A stretch of 64,000 nt of DNA from Tubulanus polymorphus (taxonomy: Eukaryota > Animalia > Nemertea): the NCBI RefSeq assembly GCF_964204645.1, contig NC_134029.1:13728850-13792849 (forward strand), written 5' to 3'. Positions 40,378-53,339 of this stretch are shown here, piece by piece. The notes beneath the pieces were generated by a model. It was not told the DNA's origin. It searched no databases and worked only from the letters and a program-made list of their open reading frames with translations. The number at the start of each line of letters is the position of its first letter. Position 1 is the first letter of the stretch. A program made the position numbers and the translations under genes.

Positions 40378-41465
40378 TTATATTAGAGAAAAAAGCGAAA
40401 AAAATATTATAAGTATTCTTCAAATGATATGAGTATCTCTTTGGGTTAATACTAGCTTAGTTCAGTTAAAGAATTTTAGTATTAGTTATTGTTTTTTTAG
40501 TATTTTTTATTTGTGATATAAAGTATTCCCTTTTTGAAAAGAAATAATAGATTTTTGAAAAATATAATAGAATTCACTAGCTAGTTAAAGTTATTGTTTT
40601 TTTAATATTTTTTATTTAATATTAGGATTTAATATCTCACTACTATTGTCTATCTATGGGAGCGGTAACTATAACTGTCCAGATAAGTCATTTCGGATCC
40701 TTGATATCAAATCTAGTTAATAATTAGAAATATTAGAATAGTTAGTTTAATTATTGTTTTACAACCGTTTCTAATTATTCATTATTCAAAATTCTTTGCT
40801 TTAATTTTTACAGTCGTTTCTAATTATTACGTTGAAAGATGGCAGCACTGAGTGAGATAGATACTGAAATGAAAATTTGAACTGGAATTTGAATTTAATA
40901 TTCAATTAACATGGATAATTGATTAAATTTGATTAATTTGATACAAGATTAGATCATAATTAAGTTAAAAATCCATAATTCATTTATCAGTTTTCATTCC
41001 TATATTCTTTTCGTTCGGAATAATTTATAATTTCAAATAACGTAAACACCGTTTATATTTACTTCGGTGTTTTAGCTAAGTATATAAGGCAATTCATTCC
41101 ACCGCTGGAGAAGCTCTGGCCAGCAGAGGCATTTTGAAAATGCACCTTCGTCCACTCTTCGGGTTTCTCCTTCGGTTTCGAATTTCGAGATTGGTAGAAA
41201 TTACATTAGGCGCCTTTAATATAATGTGATTTCTACCAATCATTGAAGGAGATCCCGGTTGACGTGGGTCGCCGGGGGTGTAAGTAGAAATGACTGGGGA
41301 AAAGCGTCCCGTGGCGCCTTTCAATAAAGGGATGCCTATCCCCTGAAAACTCTGTAGGTCGAGGATAGGGCAATTTTGCTAAAACTCACCTTGAAAAGTG
41401 AATTCCTTCTAATCACGAGAGAGAATGTATCCTGTGTGTATGTACTGAGTTATTATTATAAACGC

Positions 41466-42123
41466 TTAAGATGCAACGTATTTTTCATTATTTAGATCAC
41501 TATTCCATAATTCAACAAATGTCTTTGCTTTAACCAGTTGATCTAAATATAACTGTAAATCTAGTTTATTAGATTTAATTATGTTTTCCTTCTTTTCTAA
41601 AGGCCTTAAATTTCTCCAGCTCCATATTAGCTTCTTATTATAATCATCACTCATGTCAAATTTAGAAATCGGCAACACATGATCAATATGAAAGTATTCA
41701 CCATAATTATCTATATTCATTTTATCGTCGAATTGATATATTATCCATGATTTGAGAAATTCATTTGTACAACCCAACAAATTAGATAGTGTTTCTGAAT
41801 GTGTTTCTTCGTTGAATAATTGTGTTAATCTAGATCTTAAGCATTGTTTCACTTTAAAATTAAAATCTGTTTGATATCTTTCTCTCATATATTCTGTCAT
41901 ATAATCATTATAAGCTTCTCTATTATCTTCTTCGGTATTGTTTGGCATATAGTTTAATACGAGTTTTACAGCAATATTGAAAACCATCTTTGCTAATCTT
42001 ACGCTTATTAAATTCTGTTATAGCTAATTTATCTAATTCACATTTAGAACACTTCTTGTAGTATATGTTTATAACACCAGTGTTATTTGTAATATTGATA
42101 GTTTGTGGTTGTTCTGATTCCAT
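41466..42123 (-). pseudogene. HNH-family endonuclease with N-terminal zinc ribbon, frameshifted
   Basis: CSKC...EF.KR..SKDG...CK, then LRSRL, LLGC, NYGEYFHIDHVLP..FD and NLRPL...N..KSNK, a pattern recalled from large-DNA-virus and phage HNH nucleases. Confidence 0.75.
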
Positions 42124-42163
42124 TTATTATACATATTTTTTTTACCTAATTGATTTTAGAAGT

Positions 42164-42606
42164 TATTCATTTATATGTTATTCATGTGTGTATATATATG
42201 AATGAATATATATGAATTATTTCAATCACACTTTACTAACACTTTTAATGTTTAAAAATCTAACTCATACAAATATGAATATTGAAATATGTTTAAAATA
42301 TATCTATTTATCTATCTATTAGAGCTCGACCTCCGACCTCTGGCTTGAAACCCCACTTTTCTAATTACTTTTATATGTTGTTCATATATATTTTATCCAT
42401 GTAAATGAATATTTTAAGAGTAATAGGGGAATGTGGCTTTCATATCAAAGGTTGAAAGGGTGAGTGAGTAAAAAATGAAAATAACAATAATTTCTAGTTG
42501 AATTAGGAGTGTGCGCGACTAATTCAACTGGAAATTATTGTTATTTTCATTTTTTACGAGCTCGACCTTTCGACCTTTGGTATGAAAGCCACATTCCCCT
42601 ATTACT
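42164..42606 (-). repeat. right TIR with terminal palindrome 42419-42606
   Basis: Reverse complement of the left TIR. Confidence 0.93.
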
Positions 42607-43276
42607 CCTGACCATTCGGACTTCATCTCCAAATTTAACTCTTGGCTTCCAAATCTTCCTAATGCTTATGGTCTTCCAAAAATTCATAAACCCAATTCAC
42701 CGTTAAGACCGATCATTTCTAATATCAATTCTCCATCATATCGGCTCTCCAAATATCTGGCTAAAGTACTCTCCCCGGCTTTGGGTACATTTTCTGATTC
42801 TCACATTCGGCACAATATGGATCTTTTAGACAAACTCATAAATCTCAAACCTAATGGACAAAAATTTATATTGACGCTGTTTCCTTATTCATTAATATAC
42901 CATTGGAACCAACTCTCAATTTCTTAAGAAGAAAACTCCCGGACTCCAATCTTGATCTCCCAATTCCTGTAGAATGTTTACTTGAACTTTTGGAACTCTG
43001 TACTACCAATTTATATTTCCAATTCCAAGACAAATTCTATGAACAAATTTTCGGTTTCGCTATGGGTAACCCATTATCCCCGATTTTGGCTAATCTTTTC
43101 CTTGAACACTTTGAATCCGAAATTCTCCCTAAAAACGCTGGCTCTAAACCTAACTTTTGGATTAGATATGTAGATGACATGCTAAGCTTAGTTTCTGATA
43201 ATTTTGATCTTACCTCTTTTATCGACTTCATCAACTCCCAATATCCATCTTTGAAATTCACTTTTGAATGGGAACA
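42607..43276 (+). mobile_element. Penelope-like element, continuation (RT)
   Basis: YGLPKIHKPNSPLRPII, AMGNPLSP and RYVDD; near-identical to 20870-21280 on the opposite strand. Confidence 0.93.
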
Positions 43277-46200
43277 GGTAATAGGGATAATAGGCTTTCA
43301 TACCAAAGGTCGAAAGGTCGAGAAATTTTCCAAATGTGAAAATAACAATAATTTCTACTTGAATTAGTCGCGTACACTCCTAATTCAAGTAGGAATTATT
43401 ATTATTTTAACATTTGGAAAATTTCTCAACCTCTCAACCTTTAATATGAAAGCCTATTATCCCTATTACTCTTAAAATATTCATTTACATGAATAAAATA
43501 TAAATGAATAACATATATAAGTAATTAGAAAAGTAGGCTTTCAGATCAGAGTACGAGAGTACGAGCTCTTATAGAATAGATATATAGATATATTCTAAAC
43601 ATATTTCAATATTTATATTTGTATGGGTTAGATTTTTAAACATAAAAAGTATTAGTAAAGTGTGATTGAAATAATTCATATTTAAATCATTGAACTTCTA
43701 ATATCAATTAAAAAAAAAATTAGTATTAAAATGGAAGCAAATAAGTACTACTGTTCAACATGTAATATCAATATAGATAAATCCCAAAAAGCAAGACACA
43801 ATAAAACTAAAACACATTTAGAGAATAAATTGAAACTAGAATATGAAGATGATATATTAGAAACTAAATAAGATGAATTAAAGAATGAAAAAGAAACATA
43901 CACATGTGATACATGTAATCAATCATTCAGTGATAAAAGATATTATCATGAACATTTAAAATCTAAAAGTCATATTAGAAATAAGAATAATGATATTTTA
44001 GGTGAGGATTATTTTGATGAAGATAACGATAAGAAACATAAGACAATTAAAAGAATAAGAAATAAATTAAACAATAAAAGACCATACATGGAAGATGTAA
44101 GAAATTATATCAATTCATTAGATAATAAAAAGGATATAGAAATAACCGAAGCATTTAAAAGTGATATTGGTCCAGCAGCTATTGAGTTTAAATTTCATAA
44201 AGGAAAAACATTAGAAGAAAATAAAAAACATTTAGAAAATATGAAAGATATAATAAAAATAATTACTGATGTTGAATACCCTAAAATTAGTATATCTTCT
44301 AAAGTAAAGTTTATAAAATCTGAAGATAAACCAAAATATAATATAAATTCTCATTCACAACATATTATTTCAAAACAACATATGGATGATAAATTAGATA
44401 AATGTTATAATGAAGTAAAAACTAAAATAGAAGAGAAATATTTTGAAGGATCAGGTTTAATATTTGATGAAATAATATTTATGGCTTTACATGTTTATAA
44501 CACAAAATATAATATGTTAACTAAATCAAAACCAATTGATGAAAATAATGTATCATATTATAAAGAACCAGATATTGAAGCATCGAGTTATGTTAAACTA
44601 CCATTTAAAACTAATGCTGTTATAAATGTACAAAATGAAGATGATGAATGTTTTCTATGGCGAATAATTAGTTGTTTACATCCTGCATCCATATATAATA
44701 TTTGTAGATTAACTCATTATAAACCATTTGAAAATAATTATAAGATATATAATTATCCTGTTAGAATTAAAAATATCCCAAAAATAGAAAGAGATAATAA
44801 TTTAAGAATAAATGTATTTGATTTAATCAAATTGCCAAATACAAAAGGTAACAATATAAAACATTATACATTAGAACCTTTATACCTATCAAAAGATTAT
44901 GATTCAAATGGTGTTATAGATATATTATATTTTGAGAATCATTATATGTGGATTAAACAAATAGATTTATTCTTTAGAACAGAAAGTGATCACCATAATA
45001 AAATATATCTATGTAGAAAATGTTTACATAGATTCAGTGATGAAAGTACATTATTAAATCATAAACAATTATGTGATAATCATGATTATTGTAAATTAGT
45101 TTTACCAAATGAAAAAGATAAAATATTAGAATTCAAAAAATATGATTACAAAAATAAAGTTCCATTTGTAATATATGGAGATTTTGAATCATAAAATAAA
45201 GATTTAACTGATCAAGATAGAAAAGAAATATATTATAAAAGAAAGAAATTAAATTCTAATGAAAATGATTTTTCAGATGAACCACCAAAAACAAATACTA
45301 TTAAAAAGATTCATCAATCAGCTGCAGCTTTCGGGTTATATATTAAATCTGATTATCCAGAACTAATTGAAAGTGAATATTATCATTACAGAAATGAAAA
45401 TGTTATCAATCATTTTTGTGACTTATTAATTGAATATGAAATAAGATTTAGAAGAAAATAAAAAAAACATTTAGAAAATATGAAAAATATTATAAGAATA
45501 ATTACTGACGTAGAATATCCTAAAATTAGTACATCTTCTAAAGTTAAATTTTTTAAATCTGAAGATAAATCAATATATAATATAAATTCTCATTCACAAC
45601 ATATTATTTCAAAACAACATATAGATGAAAAATTAGATAAATATTATAATGAAGTAAGAACTAAAATAGAAGAGAAATATTTTGAAGGATCAGGTTTAAT
45701 ATTTGATGAAATTATACTTATGACTTTACATGTATACAATACAAAATATAATAAGTTAACTAAATCAAAACCAATAGATGAAAATAATTTATCATATTAT
45801 AAAGATGATAATATAAATGGATCAAGTTATATCAAATTACCATTTAAAACTAATGCTGTTATAAATGTACAAAATGAAGATGATAAATGTTTTCTATGGA
45901 CAATTATAAGTTGCTTACATCCAGTTGAAGATTATAATCAACATATTTATAGATTAACACATTATAAACAATTTGAAAATAATCATAAGATAGATAATTA
46001 TCCAGTTAGAATTAAAAATATCCCGAAAATAGAAAGAGATAATTATATAAAGATAAATGTGTTTGATTTAGTCAAATTACCAAAAACAAAAGGTAACAAT
46101 ATAAAACATTATACATTAGAACCTCTATACTTATCAAAAAGATTATGATTCAAATGATGTTATAGATATATTATATTACGAGAAACATTATACGTGGATT

Positions 46201-48319
46201 AAAAGAATTGATTTATTTTTCAAATCAGAAAATGATTATACTCGTAAAATGTTTCAGTAATGAAAGTGCAGTATTGAATCATAAACAATTATGTGAAAAT
46301 CATGATTATTGTAAAAAAGTTTTACCAAATGAAAAAGATAAGATTTTAGAATTCAAAAAATATGATTACAAGAATAAAGTTCCATTTGTAATATATGGAG
46401 ATTTCGAGTCACTCAACAAAGAATGAAAATGATGTTATTGATTATTCAGATCCTCTAATAACAAATACAATTAAAAATATTCATCAAAGTGCTGCAGCTT
46501 TCGGGTTATATATTAAATCTGATTATCCAGTTATCCAGAACTAATCAAAAGTGAATATTATCATTATCGAAATTAAAATGTTATTAATCATTTTTGTGCC
46601 TTATTAATTGAATATGAAATAAAATTTAATAAATTGTTGAATAAAAATAAAGAAATAATTATGACAGAAGAAGATAAAGAAGAATTTGTGTTTGCAGGTA
46701 AATGTTATTATTGTGAAAACATATTTAATTATAAGTAAGAGACCATGATCATTTGAATGGAAAGTTTAGAGGCGCTGCACATGAGAATTGTAACTTACAA
46801 GCTAAGAAAATTAACTTTGTGCCAGTTATATTTCATAATCTATCAGGAGGTGATGCACATTTATTTATCAAACAGTTATGCCATAAAATAGAAGAAATTA
46901 ATAATGAAATAGAAAGATTAAATTCAAATAGATCAAAAGATAAAATACCAACTTATAAATTTAAAATGTTAGCTAAAACATCTGAGAATTATATATCATT
47001 CCAATTTGGTTGCCTAAGGTTTATAGATTCATATAGATTTTTAAATAGTTCATTAGATAACTTATCAAAATCATTAGTTGATGATGAATTAAAAATATTA
47101 AAACAACACTTTCCAAATAATGATGATTTCCAATTAATGAGATATAAAGGAGCAATTCCATATTCTTTCTATAAAAATCACAATGATTTTAACATAACTG
47201 AATTATTAAAAGAACAATTTTATGATGAATTAAAAAATGAATATGTTAAAGATGAAGTATATATTAGAACATTGAATATTTGGAATCATTTTGGAATGAA
47301 AAATCATGGGCAATTAGTAGATTTATATTTAAAATCAATATTGATCCTTGTCATTGTTATTCTAGTCCAGGTTTAACATGGGATTGTGGATTAAAATTTA
47401 CAGATATAAAAATGGATTTGTTAACAAAAATAGATCAATTATTATTATTTGAAAAATCTATAAGAGGAGGAGTTTCAGGTGTATTAGGCGATAGATATTT
47501 CAATGTAAATGATAACCCTGGATATAAGTTATTATATATAGATGCAAATAATTTGTATGGTTGGGCAATGATGGAACCACAACCTTATGGAGTATTTGAA
47601 ATAAGTGAAGTTTTACAACATGAAAATAATGATAAATTTGAGTGAAAGAAAAGAATCCTAGATATTGCAGATGATTCTGATACTGGTTACTTCTTTGTTG
47701 TAGATTTAGAATATCCTGAATATATTAAATTTAAATCTAGAAATCTAGCATACTGTCCAGAACATAAAACTGTAACTCATGAAGAATTATCAAATTATCA
47801 AAAAAGAATTAAACCCGATAATCATATTCATACAGAAAAGTTAATGGTAACTCAGGAAGATAAATATAATTATGTAGTACATTATAGAATGTTAAAGTTT
47901 TATTTGAATCAAGGAATGATCCTAAAAAAAGTACATAGATATATTTCATTCAGTCAATCTAAGTGGTTAGAAAAATATATAGATTTTAACACCAAACAGA
48001 GAACTGAAGCTAAAACTGATTTTGAGAAAGATTTCTTCAAGTTAATGAACAATGCATTCTATGGTAAGACTTGTGAAAATATTACAAATAGAAATGATAT
48101 TGAGTTAGTAAGTAATGGCAAAAGGATAAGGCATTTACAAACATATCCTAAATTTATTGGCAACAGAATATTTGATGAAAATTTAGCTGCAGTTAAAATG
48201 AGAAGAACATCTATGAAATTTAATAAACCAATTTATGTTGGAGCATCAGTTTTAGAAATATCAAAATTACTAATGTATGAATTCTATTATAATGTATTAC
48301 AACCTCATTTTGGAGAAAA
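43277..48319 (+). mobile_element. Polinton-like copy 5 (type B): left end and truncated pPolB
   Basis: Terminal palindrome 43277-43470, internal terminal motif at 43520, pPolB from 43731. Confidence 0.9.
43731..48319 (+). pseudogene. polB: pPolB (type B) with ~1.24-kb diverged internal duplication, truncated before motif C
   Basis: ORFs 44088-45194, 45480-46148, 46753-47376, 47280-47645 and 47844-48350. Confidence 0.9.
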
Positions 48320-48383
48320 TAATGAATTGTCGCGGGCGATAAAACCGTAATAATGAATTGTCGCGGGCGATAAAACCAAAATA
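48318..48383. repeat. two units of the 31-bp minisatellite at the pPolB breakpoint
   Basis: AATGAATTGTCGCGGGCGATAAAACC occurs twice. Confidence 0.9.
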
Positions 48384-49394
48384 CTACAGAAAACCAACTG
48401 TTTGATGGACCCAACAGATAGGTACAAATATCAAAAGAAATATATTAGTTATTACTGAGGGCCCCAATATGTCTGTTTAATACCATCTCATAAACTCAAC
48501 AGTTTGAAACGGGGGAAATCTTATGATATGAAATGAGAGACTACGTAGAAAAAACCAGTGCCTGTGGCTACTAGTCGACAATTTCTAAATTAATTTTCCT
48601 GTGCGATTTGGTTTCGTCCAATTGAGAGACTGCTTTTTTCAGTAGGGCATTTTTTGGATCACATCACTGGAAATTGGCTTGTGCTTTTGGGCCCCTTCGT
48701 TGGTTATCTACAAATGTTTCATATAAGCTATCGACCACAAAGCTGACACCGTGATGGTCAGAAACTGACCATAGAGATATGATCCCTCAGTCTGAACGAT
48801 TCAGACTTCGAATATCGGAAATTTCTCAAGCCATGTTTGTTTACAAATATTCATCATTGCAAATTTATAAGCTGACCAACACTGACCACTACTGACGAAT
48901 TACAATTTCACGAACATGAGAACGATATACCGCGTTTGGTGTGAAACTAGAAAAGATTCGCCATTGAAGATTCATGAATTGACCATTGACCACCAATGAC
49001 CAATTCAAAAAGAATAAGATCACAATACAATGATTTACCCCCACTTTCATCCAATCAGCACGATACCATTTAATTGAATCTAACGCATTGGGCTCCTGAT
49101 ATTTGAAATCATTTGTTACAATGAAGTTGATCCTAAGACTTGATCACCTGCGATACAGAAAACGTACAAGACGAAATTTTAAGATTGTAAAATCCGATTA
49201 GGTGATCGTCATTATGACGACAGCTCCATCACTGTAATTCTTAAGAGATTAGAACCACTTCTGGGTCGTCACTACAATTAAACTTTGACTCGAAATAATG
49301 ATTAATTAGTAATTAGAAAAGTGGGGTTTCAGGCCAGAGGGCGTGAGGGCGAGACACCCCACTCATCACCACAAGTAATTTTTTTCCCTAATAA

Positions 49395-52300
49395 ATGGGA
49401 GAGAGTGAGTTCCAACTAGAAAACAATAATGTCAATAAAAATCAATATTATTGTCAATATTGTAAAAAATACATCGATACATCTCATAAAACACGACATG
49501 AAAAAACTGCAAATCATATAAAAAATGTAATAGATTTTGAAACTCCAGAAAATTCCAATGAAAGAAAAGAAAGATTAGAAAATATGAATGTGGATGAAAT
49601 AAAATGTGAAGTTTGTAATGAATTTATAGTAAAAAGGAATTATAATAGACATCTCGAATCACAAAAACATTATAAAAATTTGAGTAATAATGTTTTAGGA
49701 TTAGAATATTTTGATAATAAACCTCAACAAGTAAAAGAATCAACTTCAAAAACAAAATCCATTTCAAATAAACCTTACATGGAAAATGTTAGAAATTATA
49801 TTGATTCACTAGAAATAAAAGATACAATTGAAATCTTAGAAACATTACATAGTAAAATTGGTCCTGCAGCTATTATATTTAGATTTTTTAAAGGTACAAC
49901 AATAGAAGATTATAATAAATTTAATGAAATAATAGAAAAAATACTAGATTTGATAACAGATGTTGAATATCCAAAAATTAGTATCTCTGGGAAAGTAAGT
50001 TTTATAAAGTCAGAAGAAAAAATGGATTATAATATTCAAACACACTCTGAAGAAATAATTTCAAAAACACAAATAAAAGAGAAGTTAGAAAAAATATTAA
50101 ATGAATTTAAACGTCATATTGAAGAAAGATATTTTGAGGGTTCTGGCTTAACATTGAATGAAATTATATATTTAGATTTAAATGTTTATAATACAAAAAG
50201 GAATAAAACATCAAAAAGTAATAAAATGTTTAAAAATGATTCAAACTTTACAACAGAAAAGGATATTAAAGCATCATCTTATATCAAATTACCATTTACA
50301 ACAAAAGCAGTAATAAATATTCAAAATGAAGATAATAAATGTTTTCTATGGTCAATTATTAGTTGCTTACATCCAACAGAAGAACATGTTTATAGAATAA
50401 CAGATTACCGGAAATATGAAACATTATATAAAATTGATCAATATCCAGTAACTATAAAAATGATTCCTAAAATAGAAAAAGTTAATAATTTAAAAATAAA
50501 TGTATTCAAATTAATGCAATTACCAAAGACAAAAGGTGAAAATATTAAAGATTATACATTGGAAGCTTTATATTTAACAGAATATTATGATGATGAAAAT
50601 GCTATAGATTTGTTATATTACAAAAAAGATGAAAATGAACATTATATGTGGTTAAAACAAATTGATTTATTCTTTAGAACAACAGAAAGTGATCATCATC
50701 GTAAAATTTATCTATGTAGAAAATGTTTATCTAAATTTATGACTGAGAATACATTACTAAAACATAAAGAATTATGTGATAATAAAGATTTTTGTAAATT
50801 AATAATGCCAACAGAAAAAGATTATAAATTGAAATTTACTAATCATAAATTTAAAAATATTGTTCCATTTGTAATTTATGGGGATTTTGAATCGTTGAAT
50901 AAAGAATTAACTGATCAAGATAGAAAAGAAATATATAACAAAAAGCAATTATTAAAATCAATGGATAAAGGAAATGATTTAAATGAAGACATAATACAAG
51001 ACCCACCAATTATAAATACAATTAAAAAAGTTCATCAAAGAGCTGCTGCTTATGGAATTTATATAAAATCAAATTATCCCGAATTATATGAAAGTCAATA
51101 TATTTCTTTTATAGGTGAAAATGTAGTTAATTATTTTTGTGATAAAATTATTGAATTAGAAAGTGATTTTGCAAAATTATTAAACAAAAATAAAAGAATA
51201 GTTATGACAAAAGAAGATGAAATTGATTTTAATTATGCAACTCATTGTTGTTATTGTGAAAAACGTTTTTATTCATTTGATAAAAGAGTTAGAGATCATG
51301 ATCATTTGAATTCAAAATATCGTGGAGCTGCTCATGAAGATTGCAATTTACAAGCTAAAAAAGTAAATTTCGTACCAATATTATTTCATAATTTATCAGG
51401 ATATGATACCCATCTATTTATAAAACAATTATCGGGAAAATTGGGCGCAATTAATCAAGAAATAGAAGAATATAATGCTATGAACGAAGCAAATGTAAGA
51501 AAATATGATTTTAAACTATTAGCTAAAACATCTGAAAATTATATTTCATTTCAATTTGGTTGCATTAGATTTTTAGATTCTTATAGATTTCTAGCAAGTT
51601 CATTAGATAATTTATCAAAAAGTTTAGTTGATAATGATTTTATTATAACTCGATATTATTATCCAAATGACCAAGATTTTAAATTATTGAGATATAAAGG
51701 TTGCAATTCCTTATTCATTTTATAAAACACATGATGATTTTAATGTAACAGAATTATTAAAAGATCAATTTTATGATAAATTAAAAGAGGAGTATGTGAA
51801 AGACGAAGTTTTTGATAGAACATTAAATATTTGGAACCATTTTAAGATGACATATTTGAAAAGTTTAGAGAAGTTAATCTAAACCATTTTAATGTTGATC
51901 CTTGTTATTGCTACTCTAGTCCTGGTTTAACCTGGCAATGTGGTTTAAAATATACAAATGTAGAATTAGATTTATTAAAAGAACCAGATATAGTTTTATT
52001 ATTTGAAAAATCAATTAGAGGTGGAATTAGTGGTGTTATGGGAGATAGGTATTTTAAAGCAAATGATGAATATAAATTATTATATATTGACGCCAATAAT
52101 TTATATGGTTGGGCAATGATGCAACCTCAACCATATAAAAATTTTATATTAACAGAAGTTGAAAATGATGATAAAACTGATTGGGAAAGCGCAATTGCGA
52201 GTTTAAAAGATGAAGCACCAATTGGTTATTTCTTTGTAGTTGATTTAGAATATCCTGAAAATATAAAGTTTAAAACAAGAAACTTACCTTATTGCCCAGA

Positions 52301-53339
52301 ACATTTAACTGTAGATGATAGTTATTTAAGTGAATACCAGAAGAAAATAAAACCGAAAGATCATGTTTTTACAGAAAAATTAATACTTACTCAAAATAAT
52401 AAATACAATTATATTGTTCATTATAGAATGTTAAAATTTTATCTAAAACAAGGAATGAAATTAAAGAAAGTACATAGATATATTGAATTTAATCAATCGA
52501 AGTGGTTAGAAAAATATATAGATTTCAATACTCAACAGAGAACAATATCAAAAAATGATTTTGAGAAGGATTTTTTTAAGTTAATGAACAATGCATTTTA
52601 TGGAAAAACATGCGAAAATATTAGAAATAGAAATGATATTGAATTAGTGAATAATTATGAAAGATTAAGGCATTTACAATCAAGTCCTAGACATCTAGGA
52701 AATAAAAGATTTGAGGATTATTTGACCGCGGTAAAATTAAAAAGAACGTCAATGAAATTTAATAAACCAATATTTATTGGTTCGACTGTTTTAGAAATTT
52801 CAAAGCTATTGATGTATGAATTCTATTACAATGTATTACAACCTCATTTTGGAGAAAAACATATAGAAATCTTATATTTTGATACTGATGCGTACATATT
52901 AAAGATAAAAACTGATAACATAACAAAAGACTTAAAAACATTGAAACATTATTTTGATTTTAGTAATTACCCTAAAGATCATGAATTGTTTAGTAATGAT
53001 AATAAAAAGATTCCTGGTAAGTTTAAAGATGAATTAGGAGGTGATGAAATGATTGAATTTGTTGGGATAAGAAGTAAAATGTATAGTTATAGAACAAAAG
53101 ATCATGAAGCTAAAAAGTTAAAAGGAATAACAAAACATGTGGTTGATAAACATATAGAATTTCAAGATTATATAAAGTGTTTATATAAATCAATTGTAAT
53201 GAAACACAAAATGAATTGTTTAAGATCAGAAGATCATGAGATGTACATTAATGAAGTTGAAAAAACTAGTTTAAATCCATTTGATGATAAAAGGCATATT
53301 TTAGATGATGGTATAAAAACATTACCTTATGGCCATTAA
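49395..53339 (+). pseudogene. polB: pPolB (type A), intein-free; 1-nt insertion near 51701 and ~58-bp deletion near 51848
   Basis: ORFs of 776 aa and 433 aa; all Exo and Pol motifs present; motif C reads YFDTDA. Confidence 0.95.

Noticed and set aside
40655-40690. GCGGTAACTATAACTGTCC resembles the LSU rRNA I-CeuI target region
   Set aside because: Short partial match with no flanking rRNA similarity; probably chance.
48390-49307. Short CTGACCA repeats in spacer DNA
   Set aside because: No ORF, termini or regular period discernible; probably an old host repeat.
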